DNA of 64,000 nucleotides from Promethearchaeota archaeon (GCA_016839745.1 JAEOTS010000080.1:1-64000), one strand, 5' to 3'. Shown: positions 31,517-41,624, counted from the stretch's first letter. Numbers and translations are program-made. The notes: generated by a model not told the origin, from the sequence alone.

Positions 31517-32440
31517 TTACCTTCTCATCATACGTGGATTTCTAAACAAATCCAATTCAGTTTTGGGAATTTTGTAATCCGAGGTACCGGTTGCTTTCAT
31601 CTTTTTGAACAGTCTTTTGACTACTTTTCTTGCCTCGTCCATGAAATTACATGCTAATCCAAACAATATCATATATCTCAAAAATGTCTTGTCTTTTGCG
31701 TAAGTTTCGTCGAAAACTTCTATTCCGTATTCTTTTTTTATTGGTTTTCCATCTACACGTGCAATCAATTTTTTCCCGATATACAACTTATAATTCCTAC
31801 CGGGACCAACTACTCCTTTTGCTAAGACCATTTGGAGTTTATCATCCTTTTGTTCAGGAAGGAGTGGGAAAGTCCAACGAGTGCCGATGAATCTCCATCC
31901 CCTTACGAAACGAATTAAGCTTTTCACACCAGGGATTTGTGCGTAGAACACGGGTGCGGCGTGTTTAATCTCAAAACTTTGAATGATGGAATGAGCAACG
32001 CTTAACTCAACACCACCCTTAAAATTACCTCCCTTAGCCTTAGAATCCATTGTCTCTTCCATTATGGTGAAATATCTACAAACAAGCCTTTTCTCCTCGA
32101 TTGGGCTTTCTTCCCACTGTTCTTTGTTAAAGGCAATAATGCTCTTCTTTTCGTCATCTATTGAAATGACGCCTTCAATGTCGAAGTTTTTTGAAAACCA
32201 ACGCGTTTTCGCAGTATATTTTAATTGTTGGTGAACTCCTAACTCTTCGTCGTGTAATCGCGTCCTCCAAAAATTAACGTCTATCTTTTTGTAGACTATT
32301 TTTTTAGAAGGAGCTTTAGGAGCTTCGGGTATTTTAGCGTCAGGTGCTTTCGTTGCTGCTTTTTTCTTCTTTACGGGAGTCGTTCTTGCTTTTTCTCGCT
32401 CTTTCCTTACTTTTTTATCTTCTTCTGGATCTTGTTCCAT
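31517..32440 (-). CDS. Hypothetical protein with tubby C-terminal/LURP-one/scramblase-like pattern
   Basis: K/A/P-rich N-terminus; beta-rich core ending GRNYKLYIGKKLIARVDGK...YGIEVFD followed by hydrophobic helix FLRYMILFGLACNFM. Confidence 0.6.
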   Translation of the reverse strand: MEQDPEEDKKVRKEREKARTTPVKKKKAATKAPDAKIPEAPKAPSKKIVYKKIDVNFWRTRLHDEELGVHQQLKYTAKTRWFSKNFDIEGVISIDDEKKSIIAFNKEQWEESPIEEKRLVCRYFTIMEETMDSKAKGGNFKGGVELSVAHSIIQSFEIKHAAPVFYAQIPGVKSLIRFVRGWRFIGTRWTFPLLPEQKDDKLQMVLAKGVVGPGRNYKLYIGKKLIARVDGKPIKKEYGIEVFDETYAKDKTFLRYMILFGLACNFMDEARKVVKRLFKKMKATGTSDYKIPKTELDLFRNPRMMRR

Positions 32441-32585
32441 GAATAATCACTTTTCTGTTTTCTGTTACTTATTAATTTTAAAAATAAATTTCTTAGTAAT
32501 AATAATATGATCTGCGGTTAAAAATTTTATTCACATAATTCTATTAAATTGAGTTGCGAAAAGAAAAATTTAAAAAAAGGTGGAG

Positions 32586-34826
32586 TTAAGGTTCGAAAGT
32601 TATTTCACATCTATCGGAGTCACAAAATTTCTCCCCTATCGCCCTATCCTTTGTCTCATCCAAGAACAATGGTTTAATATTAGTTGTCAATTCTTCATAT
32701 CTCTCTTTAGTAATTTCTTCGTAGGGTGCTTGCTTATAACCGTGCTCTTTTATTGGCAAGAAGCTCGCGCTTTTTAACTTATCTTCAAAACACTCAAGAA
32801 CATGCTTTATTTGATTTGCCTCTTCTTTCGTAAAAGTAATGGTAATAGAAACCTGGTTGTCGGACCAATATTTTTGATAATCTGCGGCATTTTCAGCTTG
32901 CTCCCATATTGAAACTTCGTTTTTAGAGCGCTCAAAATATTTTTCATGGACTGGAAATTCGACTACAACGGTGTTAGGAGAATATGAATCGTCTTCAACG
33001 AAGTAACCCGCTTTTTTAATTAATTCTATTAAGTCAGAATTTTTTGAAATACGGATTCTTCTAATGTAATACTCAGAATGAGGGTAATGAATTCCAGGAG
33101 GGACGCCGGGGAGCAAACTAACGGTCCCACTAGGCTTAACAGTGGTTATTTTAATGCTCTTTGGGATACAGAGCCAACCAGAATATTGCTCGTCTAATTT
33201 TTTTAAATACTTATATCCCTTCTCGCACCATTCCAACATAGTCCTCCTCCCATTTTTTACGAAAGCTTCTATAATTCCAGTCTGAGAAACTCCCATCCGC
33301 CTGTTTTTGAGCATAACAGCGTTAGTTTCTTGCCAATGTGTGTTTACAAGGGTTACAGATTTGGAGTATAAATAAGCAAACTTTAAAGTCTCTTGAAACT
33401 CCTCGTACGAATCGTGCCTAGAGGGGAAAGTTTCCACAAGACAACAAAGTTCGAATGATTCTAATGTCTGTTCTCCACAAGGATTGATGCCAGCAGCTTT
33501 CTTATCTTTATAATCGGGTTTGTCTCCCATTCTAGAATATGCTTTTGCGTTATCTAACCAAAAGATTCCAGGCTCTCCATTTACGGCAATTTGATCGGCA
33601 ATAAATGTATAATCTAATCCCTTAAAAGCAAAAACACTGTTATTACTGGCCCACCTATGGGAATAAAGTTTTTCTTCGTCTTGTTTAGAAGTAATAAAAT
33701 CAAAATCCGTAGCTTCTCCTAAAGCAATTTCAGCACTTCGTCTAACGTTTCCTGCAACAACGCATTTTCCTATTAGATTCATTACATCTAAGATATCAAT
33801 TGACGATATTTTTTGACCAATTCGAGCTTCTAATATTTTCTGAATATCTTTTAGCATATCTTTTAAAGGTCCTGGACCACTAGCAATTCCTCCAAATCCT
33901 CTGATAGGTTCTCCAGCTTTTCTTATTAAACTGAAATCGAATTCTGGAAGAGGCTTTCCTAAGAAGAATGCTTCTAAGTCAATTCTTAGAGCTTCTACCC
34001 ACCCTTCCCTACTATCAGGTATCTGAAATGTAAGTGATTCCTCTTTCGGTTTTTTTATAGTTATTTTATCTGCGCCTTTTGTGTCAAATCCTACGCCTAC
34101 ACCTAACATAAGCGCGTCCATAACGAACTCAAAGGATTTTGATAATTTTAAGTCGATATCTTCGGTAGATGCAAACCCACAGTTATTTAAAGACATGGAT
34201 CCATGACGTGCGATGAACTCCGTACCCATCATCCATAAGCCACGTCCAGGAGGAAGAAATTTAAAATTCCATATTTTAGTAAACATTTTTTGTGCGGATC
34301 GTTGAGCTTTAGAATCGCTCCAGGGCAAACTCAGCTTTATACAATGTTCTTTTTGAATTGAATAGCAACCTTCCACAACTCTTCTGATGGTCTCCCAAAA
34401 CTCTTCTTTTCTTCCCTCTTCTTCAATCATTCTCGCGTACGTTCGTTTGTACGTGATGTGTCCCAAAGGACCAAAGTCTGGTTGCTTTCCTTTAAAATTG
34501 TCCATAAAATCCTCGTCCAGCTTGAAGGATATGTTTTCCAGATTAATAGCTCGCGCAAATAAGTTTCGATATTTATTTAATCCACGCTGCGTTAACTCAA
34601 CGCATACCAATTCTCTAATGTAGTTCGTGGTGATTTCTTCGTATCCTAGCCCTATTATTATTCGAAGGACATCTTCAGTTACTTTTTCTGCGATGTTAAT
34701 GTCAAGTCCCGTCTCTTTGTTCAATACTTTGGCTATACTGGATACATCGAACTCTTTCTTTTCACCCTTTGAGTTGATAACATATTTAGGATACAAATCT
34801 ACTAACGAAAACGAATTATCAGTCAT
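32586..34826 (-). CDS. nrdJ: Adenosylcobalamin-dependent (class II, monomeric RTPR-type) ribonucleotide reductase with N-terminal ATP-cone
   Basis: TYKRTYAR, PPGRGLW, LNNC, PDSREGWV, GNVRRSAEI, NPCGEQ, TTVKPSGT, C-terminal CDSDRC. Confidence 0.95.
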   Translation of the reverse strand: MTDNSFSLVDLYPKYVINSKGEKKEFDVSSIAKVLNKETGLDINIAEKVTEDVLRIIIGLGYEEITTNYIRELVCVELTQRGLNKYRNLFARAINLENISFKLDEDFMDNFKGKQPDFGPLGHITYKRTYARMIEEEGRKEEFWETIRRVVEGCYSIQKEHCIKLSLPWSDSKAQRSAQKMFTKIWNFKFLPPGRGLWMMGTEFIARHGSMSLNNCGFASTEDIDLKLSKSFEFVMDALMLGVGVGFDTKGADKITIKKPKEESLTFQIPDSREGWVEALRIDLEAFFLGKPLPEFDFSLIRKAGEPIRGFGGIASGPGPLKDMLKDIQKILEARIGQKISSIDILDVMNLIGKCVVAGNVRRSAEIALGEATDFDFITSKQDEEKLYSHRWASNNSVFAFKGLDYTFIADQIAVNGEPGIFWLDNAKAYSRMGDKPDYKDKKAAGINPCGEQTLESFELCCLVETFPSRHDSYEEFQETLKFAYLYSKSVTLVNTHWQETNAVMLKNRRMGVSQTGIIEAFVKNGRRTMLEWCEKGYKYLKKLDEQYSGWLCIPKSIKITTVKPSGTVSLLPGVPPGIHYPHSEYYIRRIRISKNSDLIELIKKAGYFVEDDSYSPNTVVVEFPVHEKYFERSKNEVSIWEQAENAADYQKYWSDNQVSITITFTKEEANQIKHVLECFEDKLKSASFLPIKEHGYKQAPYEEITKERYEELTTNIKPLFLDETKDRAIGEKFCDSDRCEITFEP

Positions 34827-35353
34827 TTTTTTACCCGTTATTTGCCATAAAGATTAACACAATAATTTTATCGGCGTTATTAATAAAAACCAAAATTAAA
34901 CTGCCTTAACCTAATTTTTAATTTAAGATTCAATCTAATATAAAGATATTTATTGAAATATATTAAGCTATTGATGAACATCGTAGTTTTAACCGTTAGG
35001 TTAATTTGCTAAATCTATGTACCAATTGGTAATTCACGCATTAATTTTTACCGCTCTATTTGTTTAATTATTTTTTCTGATTAAGTCGAAATTACGTCGA
35101 TATTGTTATGTTAATAATTAGTGGATGATTTTTAAATAAAAATTGATGGCTCGATTTATGATTTTTTACCTCGACATAAATATGTTATTAGGTGCCATTG
35201 AAGATTATAAAAAAGGATATAATGTGAAAACTATAAACGTTAACTGTAACAATATTCTAAATCTTAAAGTTATAGAATTTAACTATTTTCAATGAGTCTA
35301 TCAAAAGATATAAATAACAAACCATAATCATTACTCTTAAATCCATAAATTTA

Positions 35354-37885
35354 ATGGTGAAAAAAATGGACAAAAATGTTAAAATATTAACAGTTTTCTT
35401 ACTGTTAGGATGTACTCTGGCATTGTCCAGTATATTAGGTAGAGAATTTTGTAAATATCAAGAGAATCCTAATAAAGAATGGGATTTTTTTAATGAAATA
35501 AATCCTTTTCCTGAAGTATCAGCACCACCAACGACCCAATCACTTGTGGTTGGTACAAATGCTGGCCCTTTTGAATTAGATCCTCACTATTCTTGGGATA
35601 GCGCTTCATTTGATGTAATTGAACAAGTTTGTGAAGGTTTATACACATTTGATTTATCAGATGAGGCGGGTGGCTATCCTCCAGTACCGAATTTAGCATC
35701 TGCAATGCCTATAATTTCATCTAATTCATTAGAATACACTATTGCTCTCAGACAGAACGTAAATTTTACAGATGGTACCAAATTTAACGCGTCCTCTGTT
35801 GAATATAACTTCTATAGATTATTGCACTTTATGAATTGGTCTGGAAATTCTTGGTTACCACAAAACACTACAATGTGGAAACAAGATTTAGGATTTAACC
35901 GCCCATTACCCGCAACGACCGCATTAACTCAAATACGCGTTATATATCAAACATCCATCGGAGCACCTATCATTAATAATATTACTATTATTGATGAATA
36001 TACGATAAAAATGGGTTTAAGAGAACCGAAAGCATCCTGGCTATCGATGCTTTGTTTTGTGGGATCAAGCATTATGTCCCCTACTTATCTTCAAAGTCTT
36101 GACGATCCAGGTACATTAACAGTCAATGAGGCAATGGATGTGTATCTCAGCGACATTTTCGGAGCAAGTATAATAGGAACTGGACCATTTATTTATGATA
36201 CATATATAGCTGATGTCGAAGTAGGATTCGAACCTAATCCAAATTACTGGCAGGGAGCTCCTAAGCTCACAAATTTAACTTTTGCAATCATTCAAGATGA
36301 TACGACCCGAAACCAAGCGTTGTTATCTGGCGATATTGATATGTTGGGGGCTGGTGTTCTTCCCGCATTTTTGGATCAATTCGAAGCAGATCCTAATATT
36401 GACCTTATTAATGGTGGCGGTACGTTAAACACCCTATGGATAACATTCAAATATACGATTCCAAAAGTCGTAAGACAAGCGATCTCGTGGTGCTATGACT
36501 ATTCCTGGGTGATTGATGTAATTTACGATCGTCAATCAGTCAGGATGTTATCTCCTATTCCAGCGGGTCTTGTACATTCAAATTACAACTATGATTGTCC
36601 TACCTACGATCTTGCCAAGGCAAGGAATTACCTCCTTACTGATCCAACCTACGGACCTATTCTTAGTGGAGCGGGTATAACCGCAGCCAGTCCAGATTCA
36701 GCATGGATAAACCTTGCAGCTACAACTCCTCTTGAAAGTTATAACTTTACGTGGAATGCCGAAACTTCACGAAGAGGAGACGTTGGGTTTAGATTGAAGT
36801 ACAATATGGAAAGAATAGGAATGTTTTTGGATGTGGTAAGTGTATCTTGGGGCGAATTTATTGACAGATTAATATTCGACAGAGATAAGTTGGAAATATA
36901 TGTCATGGGTTGGCGACCAGATTATAATGATCCTGAAAATTTCATTCTACCAATATGGGACGAAGTTATTAATGGTGGAAACTATTATGAACCTGATTTG
37001 CACGGCCCTGGCGGTTTGTTCGATCAAATGCTTACAGAAACAAATTTCGCTGCAAGAGATGCTATTTTCCAAGAGATTCAACAAAAAATGATCGAAAGAG
37101 ATTTTCCTGGTATGTATCTCCTCACATCTATCAACTGGAATGCCCTTCAAACATATGTCAATGGATGGATCCCTAACCCTCTTCGTAGAGCATGGTTTTA
37201 TCCTGTATATCTCGGACTCGACGATTTAACACCACCAGATATTAATATACTTTTACCGGTATCCGATCAGATTTTTGGAATTGATGCTCCTACATTTATT
37301 ACAACTTTTATTGATGAATCCCCATTAGATTCTACATGGTATACTATAGATGGAGGATTAACAAATTATACCTATTCAGGATTAAGTGGAACTGTGGACC
37401 AAACCGCATGGAATGATGCGGGGACCAGTTTAATAAGCCTAACTTTTTATGCAAATGACACGCTGGGGAATGTCGGATCTGAGACTGTCAATATTTATAA
37501 GGATATAGTAGCACCAGATATTACTATACATTCACCGGTATCCGATCAGATTTTTGGAATTGATGCTCCTACATTTATTATAACTATTACTGATGATTCC
37601 CCATTAGATTCTCCATGGTATACTATAGATGGAGGATTAACAAATTATACTTTTTCTGGACTCACAGGAGCTATTATTCAAACTGTATGGGATAGCGCTT
37701 CTCAGGGAAATATCTTAATCACATTCTATGCGGAAGATGATGCTGGTAATATAGGAACGAGTAGTGTTACTGTAAAAAAAAGCATTTTATCTGAACCAAC
37801 TATTCCTGGATACGATGTATTTTTGATATTTGGAGTGATTTCCCTTGTAGCAATAATTTTAATCAAAAAAATAAAAAGCAAATAA
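35354..37885 (+). CDS. Family 5 (peptide/nickel) ABC substrate-binding protein fused to two Ig-like repeats and an IPGY anchor
   Basis: LDPH, EGLY, LRQNVNFTDGTKFNASSV, IGTGPF, NPNYW, GWRPDYNDP; two WYTIDGGLTN repeats; TIPGY + TM + KK. Confidence 0.88.
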   Translation: MVKKMDKNVKILTVFLLLGCTLALSSILGREFCKYQENPNKEWDFFNEINPFPEVSAPPTTQSLVVGTNAGPFELDPHYSWDSASFDVIEQVCEGLYTFDLSDEAGGYPPVPNLASAMPIISSNSLEYTIALRQNVNFTDGTKFNASSVEYNFYRLLHFMNWSGNSWLPQNTTMWKQDLGFNRPLPATTALTQIRVIYQTSIGAPIINNITIIDEYTIKMGLREPKASWLSMLCFVGSSIMSPTYLQSLDDPGTLTVNEAMDVYLSDIFGASIIGTGPFIYDTYIADVEVGFEPNPNYWQGAPKLTNLTFAIIQDDTTRNQALLSGDIDMLGAGVLPAFLDQFEADPNIDLINGGGTLNTLWITFKYTIPKVVRQAISWCYDYSWVIDVIYDRQSVRMLSPIPAGLVHSNYNYDCPTYDLAKARNYLLTDPTYGPILSGAGITAASPDSAWINLAATTPLESYNFTWNAETSRRGDVGFRLKYNMERIGMFLDVVSVSWGEFIDRLIFDRDKLEIYVMGWRPDYNDPENFILPIWDEVINGGNYYEPDLHGPGGLFDQMLTETNFAARDAIFQEIQQKMIERDFPGMYLLTSINWNALQTYVNGWIPNPLRRAWFYPVYLGLDDLTPPDINILLPVSDQIFGIDAPTFITTFIDESPLDSTWYTIDGGLTNYTYSGLSGTVDQTAWNDAGTSLISLTFYANDTLGNVGSETVNIYKDIVAPDITIHSPVSDQIFGIDAPTFIITITDDSPLDSPWYTIDGGLTNYTFSGLTGAIIQTVWDSASQGNILITFYAEDDAGNIGTSSVTVKKSILSEPTIPGYDVFLIFGVISLVAIILIKKIKSK

Positions 37886-37887
37886 CC

Positions 37888-37897
37888 TTTTTTTTTT
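37888..37897 (+). terminator. Oligo-T tract, probable archaeal terminator
   Basis: T10 run 2 nt after the stop of the substrate-binding protein, between convergent genes. Confidence 0.4.
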
Positions 37898-37899
37898 AT

Positions 37900-38916
37900 T
37901 TAAAGAAAGTCTGTGGAATTATCAGAAATCGTTTGATTGTTAATATTCCATAATGTCTCGAATTCTTCCATTAATAATTTATAAAGGTATGAATTTTCTC
38001 CCGCCTTCCATAACGGTATATAACCACCCTTTTGAGAATAAAGGTGAGGCATGTATAAAGCAAAATAATCGTTAAATACAGCAGTACATTTTATGGTTCC
38101 ATATAAAACGCGTTTAACTTCGATATTATCGCTTTTCTCTGCTATTTCCGAGAATGTTTTAAAATTAAATTTTATATCACTTCTGACTTTTTCCACAGAT
38201 ACTCCAGTTTTTTCATATATCATTTGTAATAACGCAGGATTTTCCTCGTGCATCATTAACATCTTAATTTTTAAACCATTACTAGCTTTATCTATCATGT
38301 GTTTTTCAAAGTCTTTACCACGCCTCCAAGCATCTAAAGTAATACCCATTAAATAGAATTTTTCTTCAGTACTTTTATAGATATCACTCCAATCGTCATG
38401 ACTTCCGAAAGTTTGCGTTTGCCCAAGAAAATCAAGAGCAATATCCTTTTCCTCAAGAGGTTTAAAGCCTGGAATACTTGGCTCTACTTTATAGTCATTA
38501 TCTTCCAAATTCTTAATAATTTCAATAATTGCATTAATATATTTTTTCTCTACATATGATCTCGCTTTTAAATCGTAAAATACGCTTCTTTCGTCTTTAA
38601 TATCAAAAGGAAGCTTATGACCCTCTTCAATTAGGATAACTACTGGTCGTACAGCGCATTGGGCAACAGCAAGTTCATAAAATACGTTTGGATTATCAAA
38701 TGAGAGGACAACGATGCATAAATCGGAAGTTCGTATTGAATTATATATTTGGCTAGAGATTTTACCAGTTTCAGGAATCTTATCAGACCTAATAAGTTCT
38801 ATGTTGAAAACTTTTAACGCAGGCTCAATAATAAAATCAAATACATCATCAGCGTGCTGCCTTATTTCTGAACCTTCTTCCCCTATTGGACTTATAACAA
38901 ATGCTTTTCTCATCAC
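37900..38916 (-). CDS. Nucleoside 2-deoxyribosyltransferase/TIR-like domain fused to a PLD-like (DUF5919-type) domain
   Basis: N-terminal AFVISPIG..., SDLCIVVLS..NPNVFYELAVA..., LPFDI; C-terminal FYLMGITL..., IKMLMMHE..., EEFETLW without HKD. Confidence 0.7.
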   Translation of the reverse strand: MMRKAFVISPIGEEGSEIRQHADDVFDFIIEPALKVFNIELIRSDKIPETGKISSQIYNSIRTSDLCIVVLSFDNPNVFYELAVAQCAVRPVVILIEEGHKLPFDIKDERSVFYDLKARSYVEKKYINAIIEIIKNLEDNDYKVEPSIPGFKPLEEKDIALDFLGQTQTFGSHDDWSDIYKSTEEKFYLMGITLDAWRRGKDFEKHMIDKASNGLKIKMLMMHEENPALLQMIYEKTGVSVEKVRSDIKFNFKTFSEIAEKSDNIEVKRVLYGTIKCTAVFNDYFALYMPHLYSQKGGYIPLWKAGENSYLYKLLMEEFETLWNINNQTISDNSTDFL

Positions 38917-39158
38917 TCTCCCTCGATTTTACTATTTTAAACTATTATAGTAACCTATTTATAAATGATTAGAAGAGAGATTAGAATTTAAGCTTTTTTT
39001 TTATCCTACTAAAGTTAGACCGAAGTTCCATGATTTTGACTTCTTGCCTAATGACTGCAACTTACCATTGAATATACAACTTATTTTTTAAAACTTAAAT
39101 TAATCTCTGAACTCCAATAAGTTTATAGAATTTGGTCGTAACAATCTTAATTATATTA

Positions 39159-39566
39159 TTATTTGAATTGGATTTTGCTTAATATATTTTTTATATCTTC
39201 CGGTTCATATCCTCTTTCTATTAATAATTTTTGTATACTCGTTGAATCAAGACCATAAAAAATATCTTCTTGATTTAGTTTTGAAAGTTCAATTCCAAGA
39301 TCATTTGGTAAAGATTTGTCAGTATCAAGTACATCTTTAATTTCATATAATCGCGGTAATAATATGTTTTCCAATCGTTCACGTAAATTTCTTGGAATTG
39401 GATATGCCGCTACAGTAAGATCGACGCATTCAACTATTCCTTTTAGTTGATGTTTATTCATTCTTGCCACCACATACAGCATCCCTTCTATTTTTTGGTC
39501 TTTAGTGATAAAGAAGATATCTCCTTCGTAATAATTATATTTAAGATTTTTAAGACTCATCTGCAT
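39159..39566 (-). CDS. Hypothetical protein
   Basis: 135-aa ORF, no motif recognised. Confidence 0.6.
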   Translation of the reverse strand: MQMSLKNLKYNYYEGDIFFITKDQKIEGMLYVVARMNKHQLKGIVECVDLTVAAYPIPRNLRERLENILLPRLYEIKDVLDTDKSLPNDLGIELSKLNQEDIFYGLDSTSIQKLLIERGYEPEDIKNILSKIQFK

Positions 39567-39749
39567 AATTTCTTTATTGAATTTCTTATTCTTTTAAAAA
39601 TAACAAGGATATAAATATTTAAGTAAAATAATGGTATATCAATTGTCTACGCTTATTATTTTCATTTAAAATGTAATTCTGACATAAAGATTAAATACGA
39701 ATTTATCAGATTTAATACTATTCAATAATTATTTTGCGGGATCGAATTA

Positions 39750-41624
39750 ATGAAACTTACAAATCTTACAATTAGAGATTTAATTACACCAGATTCGAAG
39801 TTAACATTCCTTGCTGGAGCGGGTTGTTCCATTGATCCTCCCTCTTGTCAGCCAGCAGGACGTGCTATGATGGATGCGATAATCGATTATACATGTGCTG
39901 AATCAGAAATTGAAGGAATTAAAAAGCTAGAAAAACTTCGATTTGAGGCACTTGTGGAGATAGTCCGAGAACAATTAGATAAGGAGTTAAAAATCATTGA
40001 TTATTATGGACTATGTGATAAACCGAATACTCAGCATTTATTTCTGGCTGACATGATCAATAAAGGGAGTTTTGTAATAACTACTAATTTTGACTTTTTA
40101 ATAGAATACGCATTAAAACAATTGGGAGTTCCAGATGATGATATTATTCCTGTTATAACGCGGGAAGATTTTGAAGAATTTCAAGATCCATATGAACAAC
40201 TAAAAAAAGGAAAGAAAACTGTGTATAAAATTCATGGTTCCACTAAAAACATTATTACAGAGAAATCTACGCGAGACTCGTTAATTGCAACAATTAAAGC
40301 ATTCGGTTCGAATAAAGAAGGAGAGAATGTTTTTCAACTTGAATCCTTTAAACAACCAGCATTCGCAAACATCACGGAGAATCGCTCTTTAGTGATAGTG
40401 GGCTATTCTGGCAGCGATGATTTTGATATTGTTCCAACTTTGCAAGTCTTGAAAAATCTCAACAATATTATTTGGATTAATTATGTTCACGATGATGAGG
40501 GGAAAGAGTTAATTTATGAAATTACTTCTTCTGAGCCAGAAGAATTTGACAAAGTTGATCAAATTTTAGTGGAAATTAAGCGAATGAATAATAAAGTTCC
40601 TGTATACAAAGTTAATGCGAATACACATAGAATAGTAAACGAGATTTTAGATTTCAAACCTAAATTAAGCTCAGAAAAATTCTCTGTTAATGCACTGGAT
40701 TGGTTAAAAGAAATAATTATAATACCAAGTGAAATGATGAAGTATTTTATATCTTATAAAATATATTGGAGTTTTGATATTTATAATAAAGCAATGACAT
40801 GTTCAGAAAACATTTTGAGAATTGCTAAAGAATTAGGAGATTTGAGGGGAAAAGCTATTGCTCTTAACAACATCGGGACAATTCATTATGCACAAGGTAA
40901 CTATCCAGAAGCATTGAAGCGGTACGAAGAGGTACTACAAATCGATGAGCAATTAGGAGATTTGAGCGGGAAAGGTAAAGATATTAATAACATTGGAGGG
41001 ATTTATGAAGCACAAGGTAATTATCCAGAAGCATTGAAGCAGTACGAAGAGGCACTACAAATCGACGAACAATTAGGAGATTTGAGCGGAAAAGCTATTG
41101 CTCTTAACAACATCGGAATGATTCATTATGCACAAGGGAACTATCCAGAAGCATTGAAACGGTACGAAGAGGCACTACAAATCGACGAACAATTAGGAGA
41201 TTTGAGCGGAAAAGCTATTCATCTTAACAACATCGGGGGGATTCATTATGCACAAGGAAACTATCCAGAGGCATTGAAACGGCAGGAAGAGGCACTACAA
41301 ATCGACGAGCAATTAGGAAATTTGGCACATAAAGCTGAATGTCTTAACAACATCGGGACATTTCATCATGTACAAGGGAACTATCCAAAGGCATTGAGGC
41401 GATATGAAGAGGCACTACAAATCGACGAGCAACTAGGAAATTTGAGGGGAAAAGCTATTCGTCTTAACAACATTGGAGAGATTTATGATGCACAAGGGAG
41501 CTATCCAGAGGCATTGAGGCGGTACGAGGAGGCATTACAAACTCTCATTGTAAAAGGATTAAGCGAATCACAAAATGCTAAGATTATTAAAGAAAATATT
41601 GAAAATTTAAAGAGTAAAAATTAG
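39750..41624 (+). CDS. SIR2-family (SIR2_2) domain protein with C-terminal TPR repeats
   Basis: FLAGAGCS, ITTNFD, YKIHGS, IVGYSGSDDFDI; six 40-aa TPR repeats. Confidence 0.9.
   Translation: MKLTNLTIRDLITPDSKLTFLAGAGCSIDPPSCQPAGRAMMDAIIDYTCAESEIEGIKKLEKLRFEALVEIVREQLDKELKIIDYYGLCDKPNTQHLFLADMINKGSFVITTNFDFLIEYALKQLGVPDDDIIPVITREDFEEFQDPYEQLKKGKKTVYKIHGSTKNIITEKSTRDSLIATIKAFGSNKEGENVFQLESFKQPAFANITENRSLVIVGYSGSDDFDIVPTLQVLKNLNNIIWINYVHDDEGKELIYEITSSEPEEFDKVDQILVEIKRMNNKVPVYKVNANTHRIVNEILDFKPKLSSEKFSVNALDWLKEIIIIPSEMMKYFISYKIYWSFDIYNKAMTCSENILRIAKELGDLRGKAIALNNIGTIHYAQGNYPEALKRYEEVLQIDEQLGDLSGKGKDINNIGGIYEAQGNYPEALKQYEEALQIDEQLGDLSGKAIALNNIGMIHYAQGNYPEALKRYEEALQIDEQLGDLSGKAIHLNNIGGIHYAQGNYPEALKRQEEALQIDEQLGNLAHKAECLNNIGTFHHVQGNYPKALRRYEEALQIDEQLGNLRGKAIRLNNIGEIYDAQGSYPEALRRYEEALQTLIVKGLSESQNAKIIKENIENLKSKN
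40831..41545 (+). repeat. Six 120-bp near-identical tandem repeats encoding TPRs
   Basis: Unit register aaag(ct/gt) at 40851, 40971, 41091, 41211, 41331, 41451. Confidence 0.95.

Noticed and set aside
31421-31657. Lys-rich 78-aa plus-strand ORF
   Set aside because: Arises from an A-rich tract (T-rich terminator region on the minus strand) and overlaps the 31517 gene antisense
34827-35353. Cobalamin riboswitch or ncRNA upstream of nrdJ
   Set aside because: AT-rich, with no B12-box or GC-rich stems recognisable
40831-41545. Diversity-generating retroelement target or CRISPR-like array
   Set aside because: The repeats are in-frame coding units with no spacers; the Asn-Asn (AAY) codons stay conserved, contrary to adenine-specific mutagenesis; no reverse transcriptase or cas gene in the window
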